A stretch of DNA of 64,000 nucleotides from Octopus vulgaris (GCA_951406725.2 OX597823.1:71300001-71364000), one strand, 5' to 3'; positions 49,798-63,805 are shown, counted from the first letter of the stretch. Notes: generated from the sequence alone by a model not told the origin. Program-made: numbers and translations.

Positions 49798-50205
49798 TAG
49801 GCGCATGAGTGGCTGTGTGGTAAGTAGCTTGCTTACCAACCACATGGTGCTGGGTTCAGTCCCACTGCATGGCACCTTGGGCAAGTGTTGTCTACTATAG
49901 CCTCAAGCTGACCAAAGCCTTGTGAGTGGATTTGGTAGACGGAAACTGAAAGAAACCCATCGTATATATATGTATATATATGTGTATGTATGTGTGTGTT
50001 TAAACGTTTGTGTCTGTTTTTGTCCCCCATCATCGCTTGACATCCGATGGTAGTGTGTTTACGTCCCTGTAACTTAGCTGTTCGGCAATAGAAACCGATA
50101 GAATAAGTACTAGGCTTCCAAAGAATAAGTCCTGGAGTCAATTTGCTCGACTAAAGGCAGTGCTCCAGCATGGCCGCAGTCAAACAACTGAAACAAGTAA
50201 AAGAG
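49798..50205 (+). mobile_element. SINE family A
   Basis: Full-length copy. Confidence 0.9.
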
Positions 50206-50728
50206 ATACTTGCTCTCTTCAGCCTCTTTTGGCCTCATTTCTGACATTGCTCCCTACCCTATTTTTTCTCTCAGGTCTACATGTCTTCACTCTCTGAATA
50301 CCATGCTTCTACATAGTCGCAATCACATTGGTCCCTTTATATGGAACCATGTACTAATCAGAACTATCACATGCTGTGGAAGAGGGTATGTGTGTGTTTA
50401 AATGACCATCATGACTTTTCCAGAATGTAATTGTTTCTATCTCAATAAATGATTTCAGATGATGGTACTTGCTAATAAAGTAAATTGAAAATAAGTGCAT
50501 ATATGTTGCTTCCCAGTTTGTTTGATGTTTACTTTGATTACCTCTATTCTTGATAGAAGGATTAGAAGTTGAACCAAATATTATTGCTGTTTTTTTCTAA
50601 TGCCTAATAACACTTCAAATCACCAATGGTGTTGCAAATTTCTGTTGGGATGTTCATGGCTAGAAAGCTTTTGTTCATATGCCTACATTATCAGAGTAAG
50701 CCTGGTTTAACCAATAACAACATGCACG

Positions 50729-50802
<74 letters not shown>

Positions 50803-52140
50803 TGTTAGTTATATAAACTCTTCAACTTATTTTATCAGTCTCAGAGAACAGAAAGCAAAATGAATGTGGGTGAGATTTGAACTTAGAATATATATATATA
50901 TACATTTATATTTTTTTTATTCATATTACAAGGTAATGAATGATCGAGGTTACAGTTTAGTGATTGAAGCCAATAAGATGAAAATAATAATAGAGTCTTT
51001 AATAAGTTGTGATTACTTTAAAAGTGAAATCACTTATAGTAAACTCACAGGGATTTGTGGTAGTATAGTTTTGAGAGAAATCTGAACTTGGGGAAACTGT
51101 TTTACTTTGATCTCTCTTACTTTCTGTTTATTAATTTAGAATGCTTTATTGTACATTTATTTTCATTCATGAATGTAAAATTCCCTCTTGAAGATAGCTG
51201 TGCTGCGTGTTTCACTTCACTATCTAAGTTAAGGACACACAGATCTATACAATGTCATTGTTGATCTGACAGTTAGTCTGCTTGTCCGAAACAAAAAACT
51301 GAGACAAAAGTATTATATAAGAATGATATCATGAATAGTCTGGTCAGTCAGTCTGCTAGAAATAGCAGCAAACCTTCCGCATATTACAGTTCATAATCTG
51401 CAGAATCGGCGGATACATTGGCTGATGGAGATAAACATACACCAAATGGAATGATTATGCCTTGAAATGCCATTGATTGTTGATCTATTCAAAGGGAGTT
51501 ACATGGTGTTAAACAATAGCTGAGTTAACTAGACTACCTGAAAAAAAGTTTTATTAAACCTGGCCAAGATATAGAAAAAGTGAAGAAACCATAATCTTTG
51601 TCAACATCTAAAATTTAATTTGAATGTGACAAAAAATTAATGTTTTTCTTCAGCATATTTTAATAAAGAATTGTGACTCACTACAATTCAGTAGGTAATA
51701 GCAATCTTAACATTGGCTAGTATTTGAAAAGTATTCTTGCACTCAAGTTAGGATAATGCTCCTTTTTAATTACTAAAATTACTTTAACTAGATATCTGAT
51801 TAAAGAATCTCCATATCTTAAAGGACATAACAATTATAGGCATCCTCCTTTGGATAAACAGATTAAAAAATAAAAGATAAGTTATGATATATATAAATAA
51901 TTAATAGTTTTCTTTCTTTTAAATGTAACTAAGGTTAAAAATAATGAATTTATGAAAGATTTTAATCTTTATCTGCATTCTTCATAGTATGATCATGAAA
52001 AAGATGAGATGCCTGTGTTAATTAAACAGAATTGTAATTCCACTATGTACAATTTGTGTGAACTACCTAACACCTAAATCTTAAAATATTCACACTGCAT
52101 TGGAACTTTCTGACAGAAAAAGTTTCCATAATTTCAACTA

Positions 52141-52549
52141 TAGGCGCAGGTGTGGCTGTGTGGTAAGTAGTTTGCTTACCAACCACATGGTTCCGGTTCA
52201 TTCCCACTGCATGGCACCTTGAGCATGTGTCTTCTACTATAGCCTCGGGCCAAACAAAACCTTGTGAGCGGATTTGGTAGATGGAAACTGAAAGAATCCC
52301 ATCGTATATATGTATATATATGTATGTGTGTGTATATGTTAATGTGTCTGTGTTTGTCCCCCCAACATCGCTTGACAACCGATGGTGGTGTGTTTACGTC
52401 CCTGCAACTTGGTGGTTCGACTAAAGAGACCGATAGAATAAGTACTAGGCTTATAAAAATAAGTCCTGGGGTCGATTTGCTTCACTAAAGGCAGTGATCC
52501 AGCATGGCCACAGTCAAATGACTGAAAGAAATAAAATAGAGTAAAGAGT
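52141..52549 (+). mobile_element. SINE family A
   Basis: Full-length copy. Confidence 0.9.
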
Positions 52550-53689
52550 ATGTGTTTATGCATTAGATATATTTTAAGAAAAGTTTTGTCAATTTCTTAA
52601 AAAGATAACTTATAGATGAAGCATAATCAACTGATTTAATCTAAAACTCCATCCTGGAACTGGATTTGTCACATACATTGAAATGGAAAAAAAAAAAAAA
52701 AATTAAGTATAGGGGAGGTGTAAGATTGTTTTTGTTTAAAAGTATATTATATTCTTTTGTGTGTAATAAACTAAGCAGAAGTAAAATATTGGTGCAAATT
52801 ATTTTAACAAATTCTCTTCTAGAAAACTCGGCTCTGTTTTCAGGAAGAATATTTCCTATTATTTTCTATTAGTAGGCATTTGAATTGATTGCTCAAACAG
52901 TGGTCCATGGATTGAGAAGTCAGGTCATATAGATTCTACTGATCATAACTAGTTTCATCTAAATTAAAAGTATCTCACTATGTCTTGTATTGTATCATAC
53001 TTTTAGTTGTAAATATGATATATGTGGAATTTGATGCTGTTAATGATTTTGTTTTACATTTATGCATCTGTTTTGCAAAATTTCTGACCTGATATCATGT
53101 GTTGAAACAGATATTGTTATATTTTAGCATGGTCATTTCATGTTTTTTTTTTGGTTTTTTTTTGCCAAATAACTACATGCACTCTATATTCGTCCTTCAC
53201 TTTACCTTATCTCATTTTTTCCTGAAAAGGTATGCTAGTTCACTGCCAAACATGACACTCTGGTATTTTTGGTTGTCCTACCATGAGTTGGCTTTATCTA
53301 TCTTCTTGGTCCTTTCCATGCTATTCCAGGATTTATTCCTGTATAGCAGACAAATTTCATTTTCATCTTTCTCTATGATGGCCTGGTACTTAGCCATGGC
53401 TCCATTGTAGACTGTAACCTTGTCCCTTTGACAGTTGCCAAAGAACTGCATGCAGTAAATGAAGTGTTGTATGTGTCTAATTTCATTAGGTCACACATGC
53501 AGGACACGTTTCTCATCACTCTTACCAAATCTGCTATAAGGATTTTCAACTTGGTGTAGTCTGCAATAGATGCATTCTTGTGGACCAAGTATTTAGAGGC
53601 CACAAGTTTGGCATAGTGGGAATGAAGGATCTGGACCTTGTTATTCTTAGTTTCCAACCATAGTATATAGGATGAACTCAACTATAAGA

Positions 53690-53985
53690 TTAAGAATGCA
53701 GGCTATAGCATATGGTGTACTGAAGGATGGTACAGAAACAAGATGACAACAACATACATTGGGAAGACAGCACGTAACTTAGGGGAATGGATTGGTGCAT
53801 GTTGGTGGGAGCTCAAAGAGCAGAAAAGCTCATCAGTGCTCTACCAATGTGCTCAATTAGAATGTAGAGGTTTGGTTAATAACATAGATGTTAAGGTATT
53901 ATCAACACATAGAATAGATATAACACTAAGACAGATAACAGAAGCCACACACACTGAAGTTGATAGACTGAGCCTCAACATGAAT
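53690..53985 (+). mobile_element. Penelope-like GIY-YIG endonuclease remnant
   Basis: TYIGKTARNLGE...LRQITEA......LN. Confidence 0.75.
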
Positions 53986-54549
53986 GGACCAATAACACCA
54001 CCACACTATGCAATAACCACCATAAATGGAACAATAACTACTGATACACTATGCAACATGGCAGCTAAAGATAAAATGAGAAAGAAAAAGGACACAGATA
54101 CAAACAGTATAATACATAAGAATCCCCCCCACACACACAAACACACACAAGCACACACACACACACACACACACACATGCACACACAAGACACACATATA
54201 CATACTTAAGATGAAATGAGAAAAATAGAGAGATGAATAAGTAAATAAAGGAAGAAAAAAAAGAAATTAAGGACACAGATTTGCTGAATCAAGATTAACC
54301 TGAAGCTAGACTACAAAGAAGCTATAATTATGTCCAGCAGTAAAGCACTAATGAAAGGGAATATTCTGTGCTTTATAAAAATTCTATGAACAAACTGGTT
54401 GTTCAGTATTCTTCTCCCCCATCTCCCTCCAAAAGGAAAGTAATATTCTGAGAAACTGAAATGTAATTTTATACTATTTATTAGAGGAAGGCATAACTTG
54501 CCTGTAAGACTGTATTGTCCAGAAATAATTAATTTTATATTATTTTCAG

Positions 54550-54582
54550 ATTGACTCAAAATACCGGTATTTTTTCAACTTG
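54550..54582 (+). CDS. 33-nt coding exon of the dynein heavy chain-like gene
   Basis: ttttatattattttcag|IDSKYRYFFNL|gtaagt; phase 0-0, compatible with 47056-47145. Confidence 0.55.
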
Positions 54583-55894
54583 GTAAGTTTTAAATTACTC
54601 TTTTGTACAAATTTAAATGACATTCGAACCCCAACTCTCTCTCCGTTTGTCATTCTACTTCTGTCTTTATCTTTCAGTCTGTCTCTCTGTATCTTTCATT
54701 TACACATGCACATGTGTGCGGATGCACACGCACACATTTACTTATGTAGCACAGAACAAAGGAGACTGGTGATGTGCATCATCAAGTGTCGTGCTTATTA
54801 GTAAAAGTTAATATATTGTTGGGAGTAGGGTTTTTTTTTTTAATGTTTTGGACAAAGCCTTTCTTCAGGATTGAGCTAAAGTAAAAACAAAAAGAAAAGA
54901 AAGCTGGAAGTCGCAGGAGAGAGAAATATGATAAGAGAAGCAGAAGGAAAGAAAAGGTAAGGAAAAGAGAGACAAAGTAAAGTGCAAAGGAAAGATGAAG
55001 AGAAACTTTGTAAGAATGAAGTGGAGAGAAAATTAGAAAGGCAAGCTAAAGGATAAAGTAGTAGTCATTATACTAAGAAAAGGGAAGAAGTGAAATGAGA
55101 AATGCTTAATTAGACCAAATTAAACCAGTCAGTGTTGTGTTCCTTAGGCTGAATTTGGCACTTTTTTTTCTCTTTTTGTTTTTTAGTTTCTTTTTCTTTT
55201 AGTATATGAATCCATAGTGTGTAGAAAAGCTTGACACTGATAAATGGTTAAGGAATTGGCCCATTGAGTTGAAGTGACTGGCCTGGAATACATAGCAGAA
55301 TACAATGAATGTGCTTGTGAAAGCCAACTGCAAAGTGACAGCCTGTTTCATTAATGTAAAGAGTATCACACAATTATCAATTGATGCTGTAGATGATCTT
55401 GGTAGATGTGTTGTGGATGCATTTCATATGAAGTTATATAATGTAACTTGGGGCTGGTGATAATTCTGACACTAATGATATAGAGCCAGGTGTTGCACTG
55501 CAGCAAATGTAATTAGATGTGCTTGGTGTTGTATGGCTAAGGACTGAGAGCTTCTAAGAAGTTGTGAACATTCTTATCTTTCTTAAAGGCAAGGAGAGAT
55601 GATATGAAAAAAGATGAGTGATTGGGTCAAAGAGTAGGATGTGGAAGTTGTGGGTGAGTGTTTCAATGAAAAGATGGATGAGTGACAGGTGAAGGAAAGT
55701 AGAGTCAGGTCAGTAAGTGTGCATAGAAAGAGTAGGAGAATAGTGGCACAGTTTATGGTCTGGCCCCAGTTGAGTACAGGATTCACTACTTATCAAGGGT
55801 ACTCCTCACCTAAGGAAGAAATGTCACATTTTATTGGACTGAATTGTTGCTACAAATTCAACAAAGATGGAGGAATAAGGAGAAAGGTATAGCA

Positions 55895-56125
55895 GGCGGC
55901 GAGCTGGCAGAAACGTTAGCACACCGGGCGAAATGCATAGCCGTATTTCGTCTGCCGTTACGTTCTGAGTTCAAATTCCACCAAGGTCAACTTTGCCTTT
56001 CATCCTTTTGGGGTCGATTAAATATGTACCAGTTATGCACTGGGGCCGATATAATCGACTTAATCCGTTTGTCTGTCCTTGTTTGTCCTCTCTGTGTTTA
56101 GCCCCTTGTGGGTAGTAAAGAAATA
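55895..56125 (+). mobile_element. SINE family B
   Basis: Close match to the copy at 30398. Confidence 0.9.
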
Positions 56126-57215
56126 GGTCTGGTGTGTTTGGGGTGAGAGAAGTGAGGCACAAGACCTAAGCCACTTCATGTTGCACTGTATAGTCACTTT
56201 GATCCCAGATAAATAGCAAACAATCCATGAAGCAAGTGGAGTATACGTGTATATATATATATTAATAGGACTTGTGTGTATATTTAAAGATATAAAAGAA
56301 ACATTAGTTAAAACAACAGCTTAGATTGGTTGTATTTGCTGTGACTCAAGAAGATCTGAGCATGTTTTTTCTAATATGTTTATCAAATTATGAGTTGACT
56401 AAAAATTTGTAATGCTACCTGAACAATAAGTATGCAGTCAAAAGAAGACGAAGTAAATTGGAGATAAAAATAAATAAGAGGGTAAGATGTTTATGATAAC
56501 TAGAAAGTGTACAGAAGTGAGAGAAATTTATTTATGAAAAAAGTAAGGAAGAACAGTGATAGAAATGATAGTAGGGACTAAGGTACACAAAGGCCCAACA
56601 GGCTGACTTTGGGAAAGAGCAAGTTGACACTATAAGGTACCACCTCTCTGTGAGCTGGAAAATAAGGGAATGCTGTATTCCCGAATACCCACCATTTATA
56701 TCACTGAAAGAATGAGAGAGAGAGAATGAGAGAGAGAGAGAGAGAGAGAGATAGCATACGATATCTAAAACAAGCTAAATTAAGATAAAGGCATGCAAGG
56801 TCACAAAGGAGACAACTCAGTAAGCTGAGGAGTTGACAGTGAGGTGATCAGAGTAACAGTATACAATTTTAGAAAGGCATTTGATGATAAAGACCCAAAT
56901 ATTCTCACTGATACAATGATCAGACTGATACTGCTGGAGCACCACCATCCAGTACTGCTGAAGCATTCATTCCGTCTTCAGTATTTGATGGAGGTGAAAG
57001 TTTGATAACAAACAGACACAGAAGTCTGGTGCAGGCTCCTGCCTTGCCAGCTCCTGTCAAACTGTCTGACCCATGCTAGCATGGAAGGTGAACATTAAGT
57101 GATGACGATAATGTATGCCTTTCGCTGTGATTTTAGTTCTTCTGACAATTTATACAGAAAATATCCAAACGTCCGAATCTCTAACCTCGACTCCATCCAG
57201 AACACTTATATATAT

Positions 57216-57553
57216 GGGAGACCCCTTTCAGTCATGAATGACCATGAAATTTCACCTAGAAAGTTACCCTCCGAGGTACAAGTCCAGGCAAGGTTGTTTA
57301 TGGAAGGCCAGCAGTCGCCCATGCATACCAGCCTCCCCTCTCCACACCACTGATGTTATCCAAAGGAAAGGCAAAGGCTGATATAGCTTGGCACCAGTGA
57401 TGTTGCAACTCATTTCTACAGCTGAGTTAACTGGAGCAACGTGAAATAAAGTGTCTTGCTCAAGAACACAACATGCAGCCTGGTCCAGGAATTGAATCCA
57501 CAACCTCATGATCGTTAGCTCGATGCTCTAACCACTGAGCCATGCGCCTTCAC
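57216..57553 (-). mobile_element. SINE family D
   Basis: tRNA head gaaggcgcatggctcagtggttagagc...gattcaattcc; 3' part shared with 14441. Confidence 0.8.
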
Positions 57554-57790
57554 ACTTATGTATATATATATTTTATATTTTATTACAGCTTGTGAACAAT
57601 GGTGACATTGATTACAAGTGCCCACTGGTTCACTGCATTTCTGACAAGAGTGGAAAGGGAGTGTTTACTTAACACGGTACAGAACAAATATGTATTGTGA
57701 GCTTCATTCCAAAAGCAATTTTTTCCCTAATACTGCATGCATTGCTGTAAAAGATTTACACATATATGCACACATATACAAATATTTGAT

Positions 57791-58215
57791 AGCCATGGCT
57801 TGGTGGTAAGCAGTTTGTTTCCCAACCACATGGTTCAAGGTTCAGTCTCACTGCATGTCATTCTGGGCAAGTGTCTTCCACTATAGCCTCTGGCAGACCA
57901 AAGCCTTGTCAGTGAATTTGTTAGATGGAAACTGGAAGAAGCTCATCGTATATGTGTGTGTGTGTGTATGTGTGTATGTCTGTGTATGCATTTGTCACCC
58001 ATCACCACCACCACCACCACCACCACCACCACCACCATTTCTTGACTACTGGTGTTGTATTTACGTCCCCATAACTTAGTGGTTCAACCAAAAGGACTGA
58101 TAGAAAAGGTACCTGTCTATACAAAAATATGTACTCGGACCGTTCTGTTGAATAAGAATTTTTCAAAGCGGTGCCCCTGCATGGCTGCAGTCTCATGACT
58201 GAAACAAGTAAAAGA
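57791..58215 (+). mobile_element. SINE family A, diverged
   Basis: Homologous to the other family A copies. Confidence 0.75.
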
Positions 58216-58227
58216 TCATGACCATTA

Positions 58228-58480
58228 CCATCATCATCATCATTTAACATTTGTTATCCATGCTGGCATAGGTTGGACGGTTTGACTGGGCTTGCACACT
58301 CGAAGGCTGCACCACACTCCAGTCACTTTTGGCATGGTTTTCTATGGCCAGATGCCCTTCTTAACGCCAACCACTCCAAGAGTGTAATGGGTGCCTTTAC
58401 ATGCCATCGGCACAGGTGCCATTTGCATGACACCTGAGTGCTTTTATATTCCACTGGCTTGGGTGCCAATTTGCCACTGA
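58228..58480 (-). mobile_element. SINE family C
   Basis: gatgcccttcttaacgccaaccactcc. Confidence 0.75.
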
Positions 58481-59896
58481 CACAGAATTCCTCATAGCTT
58501 CTATGTACCCAATTCCACACAATGTATTTGTCAACAGTAGAAGACACTTGCCCACAGTACTACACAGTGAGATAGAAACTAGAAACCACATCGTCGCAGA
58601 GAAAGCTTCTTAACCATACAGTTATGTATGCAAGTGCAGACCGAAAAGTCGTATCACTAGAACTTTTAGTTGTTGCAGTATCTACTTTTTAACTCAAGAC
58701 AAAGAAAGCAGACTGTTTGTTTGGCATATTATGCCAGACTGTTTGTTTGGCGTATTATGCCAAACAAACAGTCTGCTTTCTCAATTCGAGGATTTGCATT
58801 GCTTTTATTGCCAAAATTTCAATAGCAGTCTCTCAGTTATCTTTGAAGCATAAATCACTGCATTAATTTAATGTTTTACTTTTAGTCTAGGCAATGGAGT
58901 CTTAATGCTTTCAAGCATTCCCAGAAGTTCATCTTCTACAAATTGGCACTGTTCTTGGGTATGGGCAATCTTGTTCATGTCAGAGCATTACACTGCTTTG
59001 AATTCCAAAGCTACTTTTGCACTATAAACACGACTGATCAGTTGTTTTAAATGTTCCAAGATCTATCCTGCCAATAATCAAGGAATTAGAATACGTATCA
59101 ATGTATTATTACACATTATACTTCCCAGGCCGGGTACAAATTCTAGGGGTGACTGATTATTATCAATCCTCAGGGTGCTTCACAATTTCTTGTTAATTTC
59201 TACATGCCTACTATTATAGCATTGAGGTTTTCTATAGGCAATTGTCTTCATTAAGATTCTTGATTGCCTTTGACATTTTAGACTATTAATATAGTCTGAG
59301 AGGGGTACTAAATCAACAAATGACATTCTCCAAGAGAGCTATTATAAACAATAATGGCACCGGCATAGAATCTTGAAGCATGCTATTGAGAATTGTTAGC
59401 TTTTTTTAAATGCACCGTTCACTGTAACAACTAAACTTCAATTCCTTACAGTGTTGTAACTCGCCTAGTTTTCCAACATTGCTGAAATCACATAGCTTTT
59501 GACATATCATCCCATGGCCCACTTGCAAAGTCTATATACATCTACATTTGACCAGTTCAGAATGCACTTCACAATATGGTTGTAGATGATGGGAGCAATG
59601 AAATGTATTTTATAAGTGAGGTGCCAATATGTAATCTAACACTGTTTCTCTGATAGAAAGGATTTAATAAATAGATTTATGTCCTTTTATTCAAATATTT
59701 TTTAATTGTATTTCATATGGAAAACTCTGATGATAACCTCACACTTTTTCCATACCTAACTGAACAACTGAGCTTTGATTTCTATCATTCATTACTACAT
59801 ATTTTTGTTATTATACAGTTTCCTTTAGAGTGTAATGTTTATATGTGACTATATGTTACATATTCAAATAAACCACAACTATTATCATAATACTGA

Positions 59897-60190
59897 GTGA
59901 GGTCGTTGCCAGTGCCGCTGGACTGGCTCTTGTGCAGGTGGTACATAAAAAAAATACCATTTGAGCATGGCTGTTGCCAGTACTGCCTGACTGGCTCTCG
60001 TACCGGTGGCACGTAAAAGCACCCACTACACTCTCGGAGTGGTTGGCATTAGGAAGGTCATCCAGCTGTAGAAACTCTTGCCAGATCAAGATTGGAGTCT
60101 GGTGCAGCCATCTGGTTTGCCAGACCTCAGTGAAATCGTCCAACCCATGCTAGCATGGAAAGCGGACGTTAAACGATGACGATGATGATT
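59897..60190 (+). mobile_element. SINE family C
   Basis: Reverse complement of the 41840 copy; (GAT)n tail. Confidence 0.85.
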
Positions 60191-60816
60191 ATGAACTATG
60201 TAAATCCACATTGTACATATATGAATTTACCCAGATATGCAACTCTCATTCTGATCTTACTGATCTTATTGATTAAAACTTAGGAATTGAGAAGTTTATT
60301 GGTTGAATGTTTGTAAGTTTATTAGTCATTCAGTGTGTGCTGTATTTTCTGGTATCAGTTTTAATAATATATAAAAGAGTCACACTATCTTCTTCATTTC
60401 AAATCAGCTTATCAAGCCATTTTCATCACTTCCTTATTTCTTTGAGGGATTTCAGAAATAGATTTGCTTTAATATATATTTCAATAATTTTTCACTCTAT
60501 CTGTCTGTAATTGATTAATTAAATTATCTGTTATTGAAATTTCCACAAAAGCAGTATTAATTAACACAATTTTCAAAGTCAGATATTAATGTATAGAAGT
60601 CAAATGCGTAATTATATTTTCTTTATTTGGTTACATTTCACAATTTTCATATTTGTTTCCCTATTTTGCCATATTTTAACTAAAACATAAAAGAATAATT
60701 GCTATTTTAGGCATGAAAGGTGTATATTAAATGGTATTTAATTACCTCAGTTAATAAGAAATGTTGCAATTGTTTATCTTTTCTTTGGGAAATTATTTCA
60801 ACAGTGGAACAGGAAG

Positions 60817-61070
60817 AGAATTATACAATAATAAATTATAAATGACAAAATAAATATTATTTCACATCAGCTTTACAGGGGCTTGTAAAACAGTGAATAA
60901 ATCTGAATCGTATTTTATCTCGAAAATTAAATTACCCCTGTTTCAATCACAAAATATTGGTTCCCTAAATATAAATTTATGCTCTGCAAATTTGATAAAT
61001 GTCAATATCCAAGGGCGTATATATATATATATTAATAAAGAAACCCATGAATTCCATTTGTTTTATATAT

Positions 61071-61119
<49 letters not shown>

Positions 61120-61317
61120 CTTAGATACTGGAATTTATTAGATTTGCAGAGCATAAATTTACATTTTGGAAACCAATATTTTGTGATTGAAACCAGGATA
61201 ATTTAATTTTAGAGATAAAAATACACTTCAGATTTATTTGCTGTTTTACAAGCCTCTACGAAGCTGATCTGAAATATAATGTATTCTGTTATTTGTCATT
61301 TATTATAATATTATTCT
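60817..61317. repeat. ~200-bp inverted repeat around a (TA)n spacer
   Basis: 60817-61017 pairs with 61117-61317; a third partial copy lies at 61498-61571. Confidence 0.85.
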
Positions 61318-61703
61318 ACTGTATATACTTGACAAATACTGTGGAATTCCTGAGGTAGATCCGGTGGCATTTATATCAATATTGTGGATGATATCAGGTT
61401 GCCATAGACAGTGAACGTGCTTTAACCAGCATACTACCAGGTGTACACCCAGGCTTTAATTAACTACTTATATATATATATATATATATACATATATAAT
61501 TTACATTTAGGAAACCAATATTTTGTGATTGAAACCAGGATAATTTAATTTTAGAGATAAAAATACACTTCCTTATAGTTCTTAGTTTCCTGCAAATTCT
61601 TAGCCAGCCTGACCGTCTCCATTTTTAAGAGACCTTTTTCTGCGTAGAGGATTACCTGCGACCCTTTCCCATCTCAGTTGTCACAGTATACTTTATGTGG
61701 GCG

Positions 61704-61896
61704 TTTTTTCTTTTTTTTTCTTTTTCTTTTCTTTTTTCTTTCTTCTTTCTTCCTTTTTCTTTTTTTCTTATTTTCTTTTTTTCTTCTTCTCTTTTTCTTT
61801 TTTCTCTTTTTCTTTTTCTTTTTCTTTTTTTCTTTTTTCTGTTTTCTTTTTCTTTCTTTTCTTTTTTCTTCTCTTCTTTTTCCTTTTCTTTTCTTT
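61704..61896. repeat. Polypyrimidine (T/C) tract
   Basis: Seen directly. Confidence 0.9.
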
Positions 61897-62498
61897 GCTC
61901 CACAAAATTCCTTCAGCCTTTAGAAGTCATAACATAGCAGTTTTGTGAAGAGAACAGTAATGTGGCAAATACCTTATAATATAGCATGAAATTATACCCA
62001 CCTCATTGTGGATTAACCATGGATAAATTCATCATCTGTGAGTATGAAATACCTCCTCATATCTCTCGAAATTTACACCTACACTATGGATGGATTAAAC
62101 TTCTCTGTGAAACTAATAAGCTTTTTTAAAACCTGTGATAAGACTGTGCATCATCATTAAAGAACTTTGGAAGTCTGTTTACAACCTGAATCTGCTTTTA
62201 ATGAAATTATCTCCAATACTTCATGAGTGTAGCCTCACCCACTAAGATGTTTAGAGAACTCATATGTATTTTAGCTGATGAGTACGGGACACTTTTATCA
62301 GCTGCAATATTTGCAACTTTTAATAAAGCCTGTCTTTGTATGAAACAATTGTACTAAAAACTAATCCATTCTTGTTGCTTTTCTCGTTCATAATCACCCC
62401 ACACTACTGTATTGGTTAACACCATATAGTTTTCTGGTGCATCTAAGTTAAGTACCATATTCAAGTGAATTCATTAGAATTGACTTGAATCTTAATTG

Positions 62499-62536
<38 letters not shown>

Positions 62537-62556
62537 CATACATACATATACACATA

Positions 62557-63802
62557 CAGGGTGTGGACGGTATTTGAGGACACGTGTATTTTTAGTCATT
62601 ATTTTATTTGACTAGCTTTTATTGAACTTCTATTATAAAAAAAAAAAAACAATGACAGGCCCTATGCTTACTAATGAAATGTAAAGGCGTGTTGTGATTG
62701 CCTTTGAAGGCTAAGCATGGTGATTTAGAAACTTCTAATTTTCTGAAAGTTACATAATCTTTTGTACACAAGATTTGGTGTGAGTTAGAGAAGGAAGGTG
62801 GAAGCATATTAGCTGTATCAAAATGTACAAAACATTTCAAATGCACTGATTCTTTCAGGACACCCAGATTTATTCAGGAAGGTAAGCAAAACATTGAAGA
62901 CAATTAAAGAAAATGAATGAGGTCAGTTGTAAAAAAAATTGTGTGTCAGATAAAAAACAATTAGAAATGTTATGCACGAAGACATCAGATACAAATCTTA
63001 TGTGATGAGGAGAGGTCAATTCATGTCACATAAAACATAAGAAAACCATTTAATCAGATCCAAAAGACTTCTGAACAAACTTAAAAGTCCATTAGAAGAT
63101 AGTGAGATTTGGTTTTTCTCAGTTGGAGAAAAACTTTGCCCAGGACCAGAAAACTAACAGAAGAAATGACAAATGGCTATGTGCAGACCCTTCTGAGGTT
63201 CCAAGAGCAATGCAAACAAAATTTCCTGCAAGTTTCATAGTTTGGGATGTTGTTAGCAATGAAGGACATGTGATGCCTCCTCTCTTTTTTCCACAAGGCC
63301 TTAGGGTGAATGCCGCTGCATATATTGAGTTTCTGGATAAAGTTGTTAAGCCATGATTCAACAGTGTATGCAATGGAAGGCCTTATGTCTTTCAACAAGA
63401 TTCTGCACCATCACACAAGGCTCAAATGACACAAGAATGGATGGCCAACAGTTGGTATGATCACATCACCCAACATTTTGCTGCCTAATTCTCCAGGTCT
63501 CAATTCATTGGATACTATGTATGAAGCATTGTTGAGAAAAATGTCAATGAACACTCCCATAGCACCAAAATCTTTTGAAAGCTGCTGAAGTTCAAGACAC
63601 GTCCGATATGGATAAGGACCACTTAATCTGAGCTTGTAAACGGTTTTGACCCTGTGTAGGGGAAGTTATTGATGCTTATGGTGGTTTTATTGAATAAAAT
63701 TATTAAATTGATTATTTAACTTTATGTTTATTATTTTTATAAAAATACAGTGTTTTCTGTTATTATATAGCATTGTTTTTAAATCATAAATCTGTCCTCA
63801 TC

Positions 63803-63805
<3 letters not shown>
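62557..63805 (+). mobile_element. maT/DD37D-type Tc1-mariner transposon, decayed
   Basis: TA|cagggtgtggacggtatttgaggaca left TIR; right TIR tgtcctca..tcctg|TA with a deletion; QDQKTNRRND, KFPASFIVW, FQQDSAPSH and PNSPGLNSLD remnants. Confidence 0.85.

Noticed and set aside
57589-57675. Candidate next exon (good acceptor tattacag)
   Set aside because: Stops in all frames before a convincing donor, and no dynein-like peptide.
58790-59600. Possible Gypsy integrase remnant on the minus strand (YIDFASGP, LVVTVNG)
   Set aside because: Too degenerate to support without a BLASTX search.
59728-59775. CTGATGA motif
   Set aside because: No stem II, GAAA or cleavage triplet can be assembled.
60284-60312. 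Candidate 29-nt exon ending in gtaagt
   Set aside because: No polypyrimidine tract; the peptide is uninformative.
61652-61948. Poly-Lys/Glu and poly-Phe ORFs
   Set aside because: Translations of a simple polypyrimidine tract.
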